From the NCBI GenBank assembly GCA_023205875.1, contig CP060764.1, positions 310,001 through 374,000 of the forward strand: 64,000 nucleotides of DNA, in the 5' to 3' direction. A program made the translations under genes and the position numbers. Of the stretch, positions 20,834-31,351 are shown piece after piece. Below the pieces are notes generated by a model, which was not told the DNA's origin, searched no databases, and saw only the letters and a program-made list of their open reading frames with translations. Positions within the stretch are counted from its first letter, which is position 1; the number at the start of each line of letters is the position of its first letter. The stretch comes from Chloropicon primus (Eukaryota).

Positions 20834-23773
20834 TCACTTGCCCCACATTTCCTCGTACCTCTGCTGGTGCATGCGAATGCTCTCCTTGGCCTCCGCGATG
20901 CCGCCCTTGCAAGCCTCGTTGCCGGGATCCGCCTTGAGGCCCGCCTTGTAGGTCTTCAAGGCCTCGCCGGCTTGGCCCAAACCGAGCAGGGCGGCCGCCT
21001 TCCTCGCGAAACCTTTGCCCCAATTCGGCGAGATCTTGATGCAGCGCTCGCCGTCCTCCAGTGCGCTCTGCCAGTTCCCCTGGCACGCGTGCGAGGCAGA
21101 CCTGTTGCTGTAATTCACGTGGTTCCCCGGGTCCAGACGGATGGCCATCGAGTAGTGGTAAGTGGCCTTCTGAAAATCACCACTCTGGTAGGCCTCGTTC
21201 CCCTTCGATTTCGCCTTCATGGAAAGCGCCTTCAAGCCATCCTCGTCCCCGTTCCCAGCTTTTCGGCTCGCGGCTTTCTCCTTCCCAAGGCGGTCCACCG
21301 CTTGCTTGGACAGGGACGCCCCTTGAGCCGAGACGAGGCACCTTTCCTTCACCTCCTCGGTGCTTCTGGACGGCTTGCGGGGCTGAGGGAGGTCTGCCAG
21401 CAAGTTGTCCACCGCCTTTTGCAGGTCAGGCTTTTCCAAATAGTTGGACTCCTTCCTCGCGAGGGTCAGGACAGTTCTCATGGCCTTGAGCGACCAGCTG
21501 TCCCGACTCTCGTCTCGAAGGACCTTCACCTTGACGGAGAGATCGAGCAGAGCGGCCATGCTCTCGCTCCAGTCCTTCCCCCTGGCTATCACGCTGTCCC
21601 TCGGGAGGTCGCCCAGACCATCGGTTACGGTCGCGTCGCCACCGAATTCGAAGAGGAGGATCTTGGCGGTGCCCATCTGCCCGTTCACGCCAGCCGAGTG
21701 GATCGGCGTGGATCCGGCATTGTTTGCGCCGTTCGGGTCCCCTCCCTGCTCCAGAAGCCAGCGAAGGGCGTCCTCGTGGCCCTTGGCAGCGCACCAATGG
21801 ACCGCAGTGTTGCCAGTGAAGCTGTAATTTGTCCCGCTCCCCTTGTAGAGAAGATAGTACAAGTCCTTGTCCAGCAGGGCCCTCAGGGCCTCCAAGTCTC
21901 CTGACTTGGCCGCGTTCATCCACCTCCTGCCTTCCTCCTTGCCGATCCGACCTTTGAAGTGAAGACTTTCTGCTGGGTGATCCGATGACGAGCTTGGTTG
22001 GGATTCCACGCTCGGCCCCTCACTCCTGCTGCACGCGTTCCCTTCCTCTGCCGCTTTTTCGTCTACAACGCCACGATCCGTTGCTCGTTGCTGAGGAGTT
22101 GGAGCTGGAACATCCGAAGACTCTTCCGCTTGTACGCTGTCACATTCCTGACACGCTTTGTCCTCCGCCAAAGCCCCGTTCTCGCCGGCGGAGGCGGCAG
22201 CAGGTTCATTCCGAGCCCCAATCGACTCTGACGTGTCGGGACCTCCCCCGATGCGGGGCGCTCTTTCCAAGGTCTTGTGTATGTCCATGTGCTTCCTGTC
22301 CTTGGCGATTTTGGACGCGGTCTCCCCGTAAGAGTCCCTCACGAACGGGTCGGCCCCGTAATGCAAGAGCATCTGAACGCACTCCATGTTCCCGTTGCTT
22401 GCAGCGGCGTGAAGGGGGGTGCTCCCCTCGTTGTTCCTCCTGTTCACATCCGCCCCCTGACCCACGATCCAGACCACGAGGCCCTTGTAGTTCTTCGCGC
22501 ACAGCCAGTGCAAAGCAGAGTGGCCCACGCCTGGGCCACAGAAGTTCAAAAGACTTGGATGCTTCCCCAAGAGCGAAGAAAGAGCACCAGAGTCTCCTGT
22601 CTTTGCGGCGGCAATCCACTCCTTTCCGACCTTGTTGCTGACGGCCCCTTGGCTCCCTGAGCTAGCACCTGCCGCAGCAACCGACGTGGACGTCCCCCTG
22701 TCGCTTGGGGGAATCTCCGCAATTGCTGTAACCTTTTCCTCCTTGCCCCCCTCCTCCCCCGGAACATCCAAGCCCATTGCCGATTGCATGAGCCTCTCCA
22801 TGCCGGCCATGTCGGTAGGTATGTCCTTCATCTGCCCGCCCAAGATCTGGAAGAGCAGCTCGTCAGAGGCTTGTTCGAGATCCTCGAAATCAAAATCTGC
22901 TTTGGGCCTGCTCCTTTCTGACCTCGAGGCCTTCCCTCTCCTCCCCTTCCTCCTTTGCGAGCCGCTTCCTTTCGCCTTTCGAGAGAAGGGGGAAGCCGCA
23001 GCCAGCATGTCCTCCAAGCCCAAGCCCATGCGTAGCAAGTCGCTCTCGTCGAAGTCGCCGCCCAAGTCGCCACCGCCACCGCCACCAAAAGCGCCACCGA
23101 ATGGGTTACCACCGAAGAATCTGTTCCTCCTCCTCCTTTGCTTTGCCTCGTCCTCATCTTCCTCGTCGTCCCGATCGATCCGGTCGGCAGCAGCCTCGAA
23201 CAACTCCCCGAGTCTCTCAGGCTTGTCGCTGTTCAGTATCGAGCTCACCGAGGGAGGTACGCCCTTCAGGCCCTCGCTGCTGCACCTCAGGCCAGAAGGG
23301 AAGGTCCCTTGGGGGAAGAGCTCCTTCGGAAACGGAAAGGGTGGCATCATCCGCACCTCCTCCTCGGTCATCCCCTCGAGCATATCCTTTATGGACGCAC
23401 CAGCCATCAGTTCCACCATAGTCTCCCTGAACATCGCCATGAAGTCCTCTGCAGAGAGGTCCACGTCCTCCGTGTCACCCGTCTCGTCGTAATACGCCCT
23501 CTTGTCCCCATCGGACAGAATGTTGTGAGCCAAGCTAATCTCCTTGAACACGGCTGCGGCCTCCTGGTTCCCTTGGTTCTTGTCAGGGTGGTACTGAAGT
23601 GCCAGCTTTTTGTACGACCTCTTGATGGTCTCCAAGTCTGCGTCCTTCTCGACACCCAAGACGGCGTAAAGGTCCTTCCCTTGCTTTCTTGGGAAGGCGT
23701 CCAAGCCATCCTCGTCCTCGGAAGCGCTTGGGGGACAAGGCCCCGGGTAATGGAACACGCCCTCCGCCTCCAT
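20834..23773 (-). CDS. J-domain + two ankyrin clusters + C-terminal TPR co-chaperone
   Basis: YHPDKN J domain; ankyrin repeats GHSALHW, GSTPLHAAA, GNTAVHW; TPR KSKGNEAY..YSNRSAS..WGKGFARKAAAL. Start uncertain. Confidence 0.85.
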   Translation of the reverse strand: MEAEGVFHYPGPCPPSASEDEDGLDAFPRKQGKDLYAVLGVEKDADLETIKRSYKKLALQYHPDKNQGNQEAAAVFKEISLAHNILSDGDKRAYYDETGDTEDVDLSAEDFMAMFRETMVELMAGASIKDMLEGMTEEEVRMMPPFPFPKELFPQGTFPSGLRCSSEGLKGVPPSVSSILNSDKPERLGELFEAAADRIDRDDEEDEDEAKQRRRRNRFFGGNPFGGAFGGGGGGDLGGDFDESDLLRMGLGLEDMLAAASPFSRKAKGSGSQRRKGRRGKASRSERSRPKADFDFEDLEQASDELLFQILGGQMKDIPTDMAGMERLMQSAMGLDVPGEEGGKEEKVTAIAEIPPSDRGTSTSVAAAGASSGSQGAVSNKVGKEWIAAAKTGDSGALSSLLGKHPSLLNFCGPGVGHSALHWLCAKNYKGLVVWIVGQGADVNRRNNEGSTPLHAAASNGNMECVQMLLHYGADPFVRDSYGETASKIAKDRKHMDIHKTLERAPRIGGGPDTSESIGARNEPAAASAGENGALAEDKACQECDSVQAEESSDVPAPTPQQRATDRGVVDEKAAEEGNACSRSEGPSVESQPSSSSDHPAESLHFKGRIGKEEGRRWMNAAKSGDLEALRALLDKDLYYLLYKGSGTNYSFTGNTAVHWCAAKGHEDALRWLLEQGGDPNGANNAGSTPIHSAGVNGQMGTAKILLFEFGGDATVTDGLGDLPRDSVIARGKDWSESMAALLDLSVKVKVLRDESRDSWSLKAMRTVLTLARKESNYLEKPDLQKAVDNLLADLPQPRKPSRSTEEVKERCLVSAQGASLSKQAVDRLGKEKAASRKAGNGDEDGLKALSMKAKSKGNEAYQSGDFQKATYHYSMAIRLDPGNHVNYSNRSASHACQGNWQSALEDGERCIKISPNWGKGFARKAAALLGLGQAGEALKTYKAGLKADPGNEACKGGIAEAKESIRMHQQRYEEMWGK

Positions 23774-24223
23774 CGCCTTCGCTGCTGCTTCTCTCCCAGA
23801 TCCCAAGATGGCGGGAAAGAATTCTTCCACAACCCTTTGGGAAGAGCTGATGGATGCATGTGCGAGGGAGGAAGGGATGGATGGCAAGATCCATGACCAG
23901 GATGCCTCTAGCCCGTGGACGATCGTAGCTCCCACCACCTCTCTCTCTCTCTCCCTTTCTCTGGTGTAGGGGAAACACTTCCGTTCTCCTCACGAAAAGA
24001 GACAAGTGCAGCAGACAAGAAGAGACCTTGATGGATACAAGGGAGTGCAGTGCAAGGGGAAAGGTGCGTTGATGACAAGATCCGTGACCAGGAAGCCTCA
24101 AGCTCGATCAAGCCTTTGGACAATCAGGAGAGGAAATTCTTTTCACACAAACAAACCGGCACACGCCGGCGGTGAGTGCGGCGTCGATAACCATACAGAC
24201 AGTTTTTCTTAGAAATACATCAT

Positions 24224-25060
24224 TCAAGAGGACGGTGGTGAGTCTTTCGTGATCAGAACGGAAAGCTCTAGGACCACCCTAGCGATGTCACGGAGTGCAT
24301 TCACTCCTTCAGTTGGTGGCAGGTGGACAAAGACCACGGGCATGAGTCGGCCGTCCTTCATGTACATCCTCCTCACAACACGCAGGGTTCTGTAAAAAAT
24401 CTCGTTGCAGTAAAAGTGGCCTGCGTCCCTCGACCACATCTCTTCCGGACTGCTTCCGTCGACTCCCGATAGAGCTGGCGCCAAATCCAACGCCCCCAAG
24501 TCCACCGTTGTGGGTAGAATCGTCGAGCCACCATCAATTATTGTTGAGTTATCCTTCGCCCTGCAAGCAGAGTTTGAAAGAGCTCGTTAAGGTTAGTAGC
24601 GATGCTTCTAGCCCGAAACCCACCACCGCCAATGATGTCGACGACGCGAACAAACAACGCCCTTGCTGCTCCCAACGACTTACTTGTTGTTCAGGGCGGC
24701 CACTTCCACCTTGAGCCCCTTCGTTGTTGACTCGAGACCCAAATGGATGATTGCTTCCCAGGCTTTCGGATTCCCTTGCAAAAGAAAGTTCTGCGCGACC
24801 TGAACCCCGGCATCATCCACGGGAAGCTTCATGCCCTCGACGCAGATGGTGTCCTGAAAGCACTGGCCGTCCAAAAGCTCAGCAACTTCTCCACTCGGAT
24901 TGTGATCGTATTCATGGCCATGGTGATGGAACGGACCGAAACCAGTGACGAGGACACGTCCAGGTGCCGCGGAGCTCCTCGAGGGGCCGCCAGCGGTCTC
25001 GGCAGAAGCCCCTAGGATCGGCAGGAGCGCCAGAAGGAGCCAAGCGCAAGCGAGGGCCAT
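24224..25060 (-). CDS. Pyroglutamyl-peptidase I (C15) with signal peptide; intron 24561-24683
   Basis: VLVTGFGPF, NPS, IHLG, E, SRDAGHFYCNEIFY (catalytic Cys), FVHLP. The splice joins two track ORFs in frame. Confidence 0.88.
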
Positions 25061-25168
25061 CCTTCGACTTGGCCTTCACCGCCAGGTGGTAGGGTGGATA
25101 TGTGGAAGGGAAGCAAAAGGCAGCCACCTCCATCGAGTATGAAAGTGAAATCGATTGATAAACTTCTT

Positions 25169-26131
25169 TTATGCTTTGTTGGGGGAGCACTCTGTGAGAA
25201 TGTTTCGTGCGGCGCCACCGTAAGTGGTTCTCCTTCTCATCATCGGTCTGAGACTGGGAAGGCTTGGGACGACTGCAGCCGTGGAGAAGTCGCTCTGGTC
25301 GCTGCAAGGAGACGGCACGATGTTTTCCTTCATGTCCTCCTCGGGCTTCGGCTTGCCGGCAGGGCCCTCTTGGAGGTTCGCGGGCTCGTCCTTCGCCGCA
25401 ACCTTGTGCTTGATCTCAGATTTCGCGGCATTCGCTTCTTGCGAGTCTTGGGCCTTCTCCCCTTGCTCTCCGACGGGCTCCAAGTTCTGCTCTGCCTTGC
25501 CGCGCGTCAGCCTGATTGCGAGCGGCAGTCCAGAGACGCCGAGCACGAGGACGAGCGTCGTGAAAGCCATCCAAGCCACGTCCCTCGCGCCGGGTAGGAG
25601 GAGCAACGCACTTTTCACTGCGGGCGGAATCAGGGGCACGTGCAGCTTGTTTTCCACCTTGTTGCGATGGAATCCGTAACTCGCGGTCGTCTCAGCGCCC
25701 TTTGCGCTCACGGTGTCCAAGCCGGTGCACCCCGCCAAGGATGATCCGGTGAGATCGGCGTAGTCGAGCATCGAGAAAGCGAGTCCCGACTCCACCAGGG
25801 TGGCGAACCGCATGCTGGCACCATTCGCAAGCATTCCTTCCATGCTCACCCTGTGCAAGAGCGCGTTGTCAAAGGTGGAACCAGCCACGTAAGCACCCCT
25901 CAGACTCGAGTGCGCCAGGTACGCCCCGTCGAAGCGCGAGTCGGGCAGGTACGCTCCGTCGAGGTTCACCCCTATCAGTCGTGCACCCGTGCAGTTCACG
26001 GGCCCAGCTCTCCATCCCTCCAAGCAATCATGGCTCGCCGCCGCAGCGGCCACTCCAACGAACGCATGCAGAAACCATGCCGTGATTCCCCACAGCGCCC
26101 CTGAGAACCTCATCCTCGCCACCGTCGTCAT
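25169..26131 (-). CDS. Pentapeptide-repeat protein with signal peptide and single TM helix
   Basis: A(D/N/S)LxG-type repeats (ARLIG VNLDG AYLPD SRFDG AYLAH SSLRG); hydrophobic N-terminus; TM FTTLVLVLGVSGLPLAI. Confidence 0.75.
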   Translation of the reverse strand: MTTVARMRFSGALWGITAWFLHAFVGVAAAAASHDCLEGWRAGPVNCTGARLIGVNLDGAYLPDSRFDGAYLAHSSLRGAYVAGSTFDNALLHRVSMEGMLANGASMRFATLVESGLAFSMLDYADLTGSSLAGCTGLDTVSAKGAETTASYGFHRNKVENKLHVPLIPPAVKSALLLLPGARDVAWMAFTTLVLVLGVSGLPLAIRLTRGKAEQNLEPVGEQGEKAQDSQEANAAKSEIKHKVAAKDEPANLQEGPAGKPKPEEDMKENIVPSPCSDQSDFSTAAVVPSLPSLRPMMRRRTTYGGAARNILTECSPNKA

Positions 26132-26175
26132 CGCCACACTCGAGCAGGTGGGTCTTCGCCACCAAGCTAACCCTC

Positions 26176-26502
26176 TCTCTCGACAATTCCGTCAAGCGAG
26201 ACGTCGTTGAAAAGCTTGCGAGACGTACTTTCTTCCCGTGCGAGTCTCCTTGCCCCTTGGTCGCCTCAAGTCGCAATTGTTCCCGCTTCAAAGTGCTTGG
26301 CGCCCCTCGAGGTCGAGGTCTGACAGGTTCGAACTTGAAGTTCTCACGGTATCTCTCGACAATTCCGTCAAGCGAGACGTCGTTGGAAAGATCTCGAGAC
26401 GTACTTTCTTCCCGTGCGAGTCTCCTTGCCCCTTGGTCGCCTCAAGTCGCAATTGTTCCCGCTTCAAAGTGCTTGGCGCCCCTCGAGGTCGAGGTCTGAC
26501 AG
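26176..26502. repeat. Near-identical duplication, period 176 bp (26176-26326, 26352-26502)
   Basis: tctctcgacaattccgtcaagcgagacgtcg..gaggtctgacag occurs twice, between the divergent pentapeptide and NSF genes. Confidence 0.97.
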
Positions 26503-26805
26503 AACAATTTGAATCCAGAGCCATAACGCTCGTCGCTTTTGTGTCGAGAGACGAAAACCCTGAAAGGCTGTGGGCTACTTTTTCGAGGAGGTGAGGAAGT
26601 GGGACGTTTTCGAGGACCGATATTGGTAGTAGGGGGAGGATAGGGTCGAGGGCGAGGACGTAAACGGACTCTTCGTGTCGTGGTCTTCCGAACGAGCCGT
26701 CGCTTGAAAAGATTGGCTCCATTTTGACCACGTTTTGACCGAATTGTTGTGTTGTTTGTCCCCCCCCAAGCAGAGTTGGTTTCTCATTATTGCATGCTGT
26801 TGGGT

Positions 26806-28968
26806 ATGTCGAGGCTTACGGTAGTGAACTGTCCTTCGCAGGACTTGGCGATCACGAACAAGGTGTTCGGAAGCCAAGAGACTCTGCAGATGATCGGCAC
26901 GCCTTACGTTCAGATCGAGAATGGTTTGGTTTACTTGTTCGCTGCTCACCCTGGGCTGGAGACGGGCACGATAGCCTTGAACACGGTGCAGAGGAGGAAC
27001 CTGAGGGTGTCGAGCGGGGACTCGCTGGAGGTGGCGGCGTTCGGGAGGAGGCCGGAGGAGTGCCTGGCGTCGAACATGATCATAGACATACAGTTCTTCA
27101 CCATGAAGAAGGGGAAGGAGGAGACCTTGGACGCGGCTAGGATATCGGAGAGGGTGAAAGGTATGCTCGGTGGACAGATATTCACGGTGGGCCAAAGGTT
27201 TGTCCTGTCGTACATCGACACGAACTATGCCTTGACTGTGATCTCCGCGACGGAGGAGGCGACGGGGGAGGACGCCCAGGTGGGGCTTCTCGACGCGGGC
27301 ACGGGCCTGATTTTCGAGACGCCCAGCGGGAGCGGGGTGAAGATCACAAACCAGAAGACCACGGCGAACAAGCTCTTCAGGACAAAGGAGTTCAACTTCG
27401 AGAGCATTGGGATCGGTGGGCTTGACTCGCAATTCGACGAGATCTTCAGAAGGGCCTTTGCTTCCCGTGTCTACCCCCCGCACGTGATCGAGAAGCTTGG
27501 AATCCGGCACATTAAGGGCATGCTGCTGTTCGGCCCTCCCGGCACCGGAAAGACTCTGATCGCGAGGCAGATAGGAAAGATGCTGAATGCCAGGGAGCCC
27601 AAGGTGGTGAACGGTCCAGAGGTCCTGAACAAGTACGTTGGCGCGTCCGAAGAGAACGTGAGAAAGCTCTTCGCGGAGGCGGAGGAAGAGTACCAGGCGA
27701 AGGGGGACGAGTCCGAGCTTCACATCATCATTTTCGACGAGATCGATGCCATCTGCAAGTCGAGGGGATCGTCCAGGGATGGGACGGGGGTGCACGACAC
27801 GCTTGTCAACCAGCTGCTGACGAAGATCGACGGAGTGGACGCCCTCAACAACGTCCTGCTCATCGGAATGACAAACAGGAGGGACATGCTCGACGAGGCC
27901 ATGCTGAGGCCTGGAAGGATGGAGGTCCAGATCGAGATCGGGCTGCCGGACGAGAAGGGGAGGGTCCAGATCCTCAAGATTCACACCAGCAAGATGCAGA
28001 CCAACAGCTTCCTGGGAAGGGACGTGGACCTCGCCAAGCTCGCGGAGATGACCAAGAACTTCAGTGGCGCCGAGATCGAGGGCCTTGTGAAGAGCGCAAG
28101 TAGTTTTGCCCTGAACAGGCACGTGGACGTCAACGACCTCTCCGCCCCGATTGACGAGGAGAACCTCAAGGTGGAGATGACGGACTTTGAGCACGCCATG
28201 GACGAGGTGAAGCCCGCGTTTGGCGTGGAGAGCGACGCCTTGGAGAGGCACAAGCTCCAGGGGATCATCCCCCACGGCCCCGAGTTTGAGCACATGATCA
28301 AGACCTGCAAGACTTTGGTGGACCAGGTCAAGAACAGCGAGAAGACCCCGATGGTCACGATGCTGCTGGAGGGGGCCGCCGGGAGCGGGAAGACTGCGGT
28401 CGCGGCCAGCCTTGGGCTGGAGTCCGACGCGCCTTTCATCAAACTCATCAGCGCGGAGAACATGGTCGGGTACTCGGAGGGCTCCAAGATCAGCTACATG
28501 GTCAAGGTCTTCGACGACGCCTACAAGAGTCCCTTCAGCATCGTCATCCTGGACGACATCGAGAGGATCCTCGAGTACGTTTCCATCGGCCCAAGGTTCT
28601 CGAACCCGGTCCTCCAGGCCCTCCTGGTCCTGCTGAAGAAGCAGCCCCCCCTGGGAAGGAGGCTGATGTGCATCGGCACAACGAGCTTGGCAGGCGTCAT
28701 GGAGAGCATGGAGCTCACGAACGTCTTCAACGTGACCCTCAACGTGCCGAACTTGAACGGCCAGGGCGTGAAGACCGTCCTCGAGCACATCAAAGCTGTC
28801 TCGGTGGAGGAGCTCGATGCCGCCACGAACCTTTTGGACGACACAAATGGCGGCGGCCTTCCCGTGAAGAAGCTCTTGCTTCTCGTCGAGATGGCCAGGC
28901 AGAGGAGCAATGAGCAGGTCGTGCCATTCTCCTACCTCGTGGAGTGCATGCAGGACCTCGCCCTCTAA
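26806..28968 (+). CDS. NSF: Vesicle-fusing ATPase NSF / Sec18
   Basis: GIGGLDSQFDEIFRRAFASR, GPPGTGKT, LHIIIFDEIDAICK, second AAA GAAGSGKT, IGPRFSN. Confidence 0.97.
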   Translation: MSRLTVVNCPSQDLAITNKVFGSQETLQMIGTPYVQIENGLVYLFAAHPGLETGTIALNTVQRRNLRVSSGDSLEVAAFGRRPEECLASNMIIDIQFFTMKKGKEETLDAARISERVKGMLGGQIFTVGQRFVLSYIDTNYALTVISATEEATGEDAQVGLLDAGTGLIFETPSGSGVKITNQKTTANKLFRTKEFNFESIGIGGLDSQFDEIFRRAFASRVYPPHVIEKLGIRHIKGMLLFGPPGTGKTLIARQIGKMLNAREPKVVNGPEVLNKYVGASEENVRKLFAEAEEEYQAKGDESELHIIIFDEIDAICKSRGSSRDGTGVHDTLVNQLLTKIDGVDALNNVLLIGMTNRRDMLDEAMLRPGRMEVQIEIGLPDEKGRVQILKIHTSKMQTNSFLGRDVDLAKLAEMTKNFSGAEIEGLVKSASSFALNRHVDVNDLSAPIDEENLKVEMTDFEHAMDEVKPAFGVESDALERHKLQGIIPHGPEFEHMIKTCKTLVDQVKNSEKTPMVTMLLEGAAGSGKTAVAASLGLESDAPFIKLISAENMVGYSEGSKISYMVKVFDDAYKSPFSIVILDDIERILEYVSIGPRFSNPVLQALLVLLKKQPPLGRRLMCIGTTSLAGVMESMELTNVFNVTLNVPNLNGQGVKTVLEHIKAVSVEELDAATNLLDDTNGGGLPVKKLLLLVEMARQRSNEQVVPFSYLVECMQDLAL

Positions 28969-29257
28969 TCTTAGAGGCCAAGGCTGGTTCGAAGCACCAC
29001 TTCAAACTTTTCTTTTATATTATATTATTTGGTGATGTGAGCGACCTTTGTATGACACCGAGAGCGACAACGACGTCGTGAACCCTCGGACAACGACGTG
29101 AACCCGCGCACACCCATCCTTGCATCCATCCTTGCATCCACTTCCCCCTCTCTCCCCAAGGAGGCCCAAAGCCGTTACATTACGACGACCGAAGACGATT
29201 TCCAACGCGCGTGATCGAGAATCGAGGAGCGAGGAGCGAGCAGCCCAGCCATTGAGG

Positions 29258-31191
29258 ATGATGCGGGCGTCGTCGACACGAAAGGGGAAGCTGGCGTGGG
29301 TGTCGCTCGTGCTGCTGTCGTCCCTCGCGACTGCGAGGGCAGCGACCCTTCTTCCTCCAAAGGTCCCTCTTGAAGAACTCGACGAAGCGGTCCTTCCGGT
29401 GCTTCACGCCTTCGAGGAGTCCGGCCTGCTTCTCGTGGATGGCGCAAGGGACTTCGAGGCAGCGAGGGTGGAAGCCCTCGCCAGGCTCGAGGAGTGCGTC
29501 GACGTGGAAGCGGATCACGTCCGCACCGCGTCGCTGGCGGACGGAGTGCTGAGGCACACGATAGCGACCAAGGGAGAGTTCTCCGAGGAGGTGAAGAGGG
29601 CGTGTCCCGAGTTCGCCCGAGCGGCGGGGGAGCTCCGGAGGCTCAGCCTTGCGGCGACGAGGAGGGTCGCGAGGGCTCTGCAGCGAGGTTTGGACGAGAG
29701 CCTCCCGCGAGCACCGTCTCGGGATGGTGGGATCGGCGTCGAGGAGAGCGTCGAGTCGGGCGAGCACCTCGAGCACTTCCACGTTTACAGAAGGGACTCG
29801 CCGCCGGGGGCAAGGGTCGAGGGGGGAGGCACGAGCGGACCGGTGCCGACGCTGGATATGCACACGGATCTGGGGGTGCTTCTGACCATGGCCCCTGCCC
29901 TTTACATGAAGCCTTCAGGGGGTCGCGGCAAGCAGCAGGTGGTTGCGCGCGGGAGCGGCTTGTTCGTCGAGACGAGAGATGGAGAGGTGAAGGAGGTTGC
30001 GATCCCGAGCGGTGAGTGGAATGAGTTCGTGCGGTAGAGCAACTCTCGGCGTGCGATGTATGGACTGACCCGTCCTCCCTTCCTTTCTCTTTTCGCAAAA
30101 CAAACCGCAAAACGACAGACGGGATACTTTTCATGCTGGGCGAAGGGGTAAACATGTGGGTCGAGCACAGCGCAGCCTTCCACATACCGAAACACGCCAT
30201 GGTGATGCCCGACGAGAACGAGGGCCCGATGACGAGGGCCTGGTACGGGCGAATGGTTCTCCCCCCGCACGGCGCAAAGCTTCAAGTGCAGGACGCGGGA
30301 GTGACTTACGGTGACTTCAAGGAAGTCGCGAAGAGAAAGTTGCAGGGCATTCAAGAGGAAGGCGACTCGAAGCTCCTTGACGCGATGCAAGGCGTCAGCT
30401 GCAGCCACGGTCGGACCCTCCTGACCAGCCTCAGCGTCCCGGGCCATCAGGACAAGGACGAGTGCGGGGAGGGGGAGATCTACTGCTGGATGCAGTGCAT
30501 GCCAACGAAAAGCCTGAACTGCTCCACGGAGGACATCCGGTGCGCCAACGAGGACGGCAAGATCTGGAAGAAGGAAACCGCGGAGATGTGCCCGAGCTGC
30601 CAGCTGCGCTGCGAAAGTCCCCCGACGCCCGAGTACAAGGTTTGCAACCCAAACTTTACGCCAGTCTCCATGTATATGAGCGGCTTCACTTGGGGGTTCA
30701 ACCCCAACGACCCGTGCTTGGTCTACCTCTTCCAGGGCCTCGTGCTCGACAACCAGTGGAAATTCGTTCTGGCCTGCTTCGTAACGGTGGGCCTCGGAGT
30801 CATGGCGGACTGCTGCATTCTCCTGAGGCAGTGGGTGAGGGAGAATATCAAATCGTGCGGGAAAGGCTTCAAGCTCGTCCTTTGGGAAACCGTCGGAGTC
30901 GCCTTCTTCACCTCGCAAGCGTTCTTGTCGTATGCCCTCATGCTGGTTGCGATGACGTACAAGGGCGAGCTCCTCTGCAGCCTTTTGGCGGGCCTGGCCA
31001 TCGGTTACTTTTTCTTCAAGAGGGAGGCGCGCCAAGAATCTCCCGAGCTTTGCTGCAACATCACCCTCTCCTCGAAATCCGCCCAGGAGCTGGAAGCCCC
31101 CAAACAGAAGAAGGAGGCGGAGCAGCTGCTGAGCAAGGATCACATGGACAGCAGTTTGCGGTGCTGCCAAGAAGAGCAGACCACGGATTAA
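29258..31191 (+). CDS. Signal peptide + 2OG-Fe(II) oxygenase-like domain + Cys-rich linker + Ctr copper transporter; intron 30012-30118
   Basis: Splice AGC G|AC GGG joins two ORFs in frame. HTD..H..R motifs; CWMQCM; SMYMSGF; TM MLVAM (MxxxM) and GLAIG (GxxxG) are Ctr hallmarks. Confidence 0.75.
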
Positions 31192-31351
31192 TTACCTTTC
31201 TTCTTTTTGTAATTGGGACAAAGCCAAGCAACACCATCCACCATCCATCACCACCTTCGCCTCTATCTCCAAGAGCGAAGCAGGTTCATAACCGACTCCA
31301 GGGTGAGGCGCAGACAGCAACGAGGAGGCGGAGGCAAGGAGGAAGAAGAAG

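Noticed and set aside
26575..28788. 737-aa antisense ORF and similar long shadow ORFs (144-1061, 35365-36714, 44640-46454, 48466-50058, 62725-63798)
   Set aside because: They mirror well-supported genes on the opposite strand and are expected from high GC3 codon bias.
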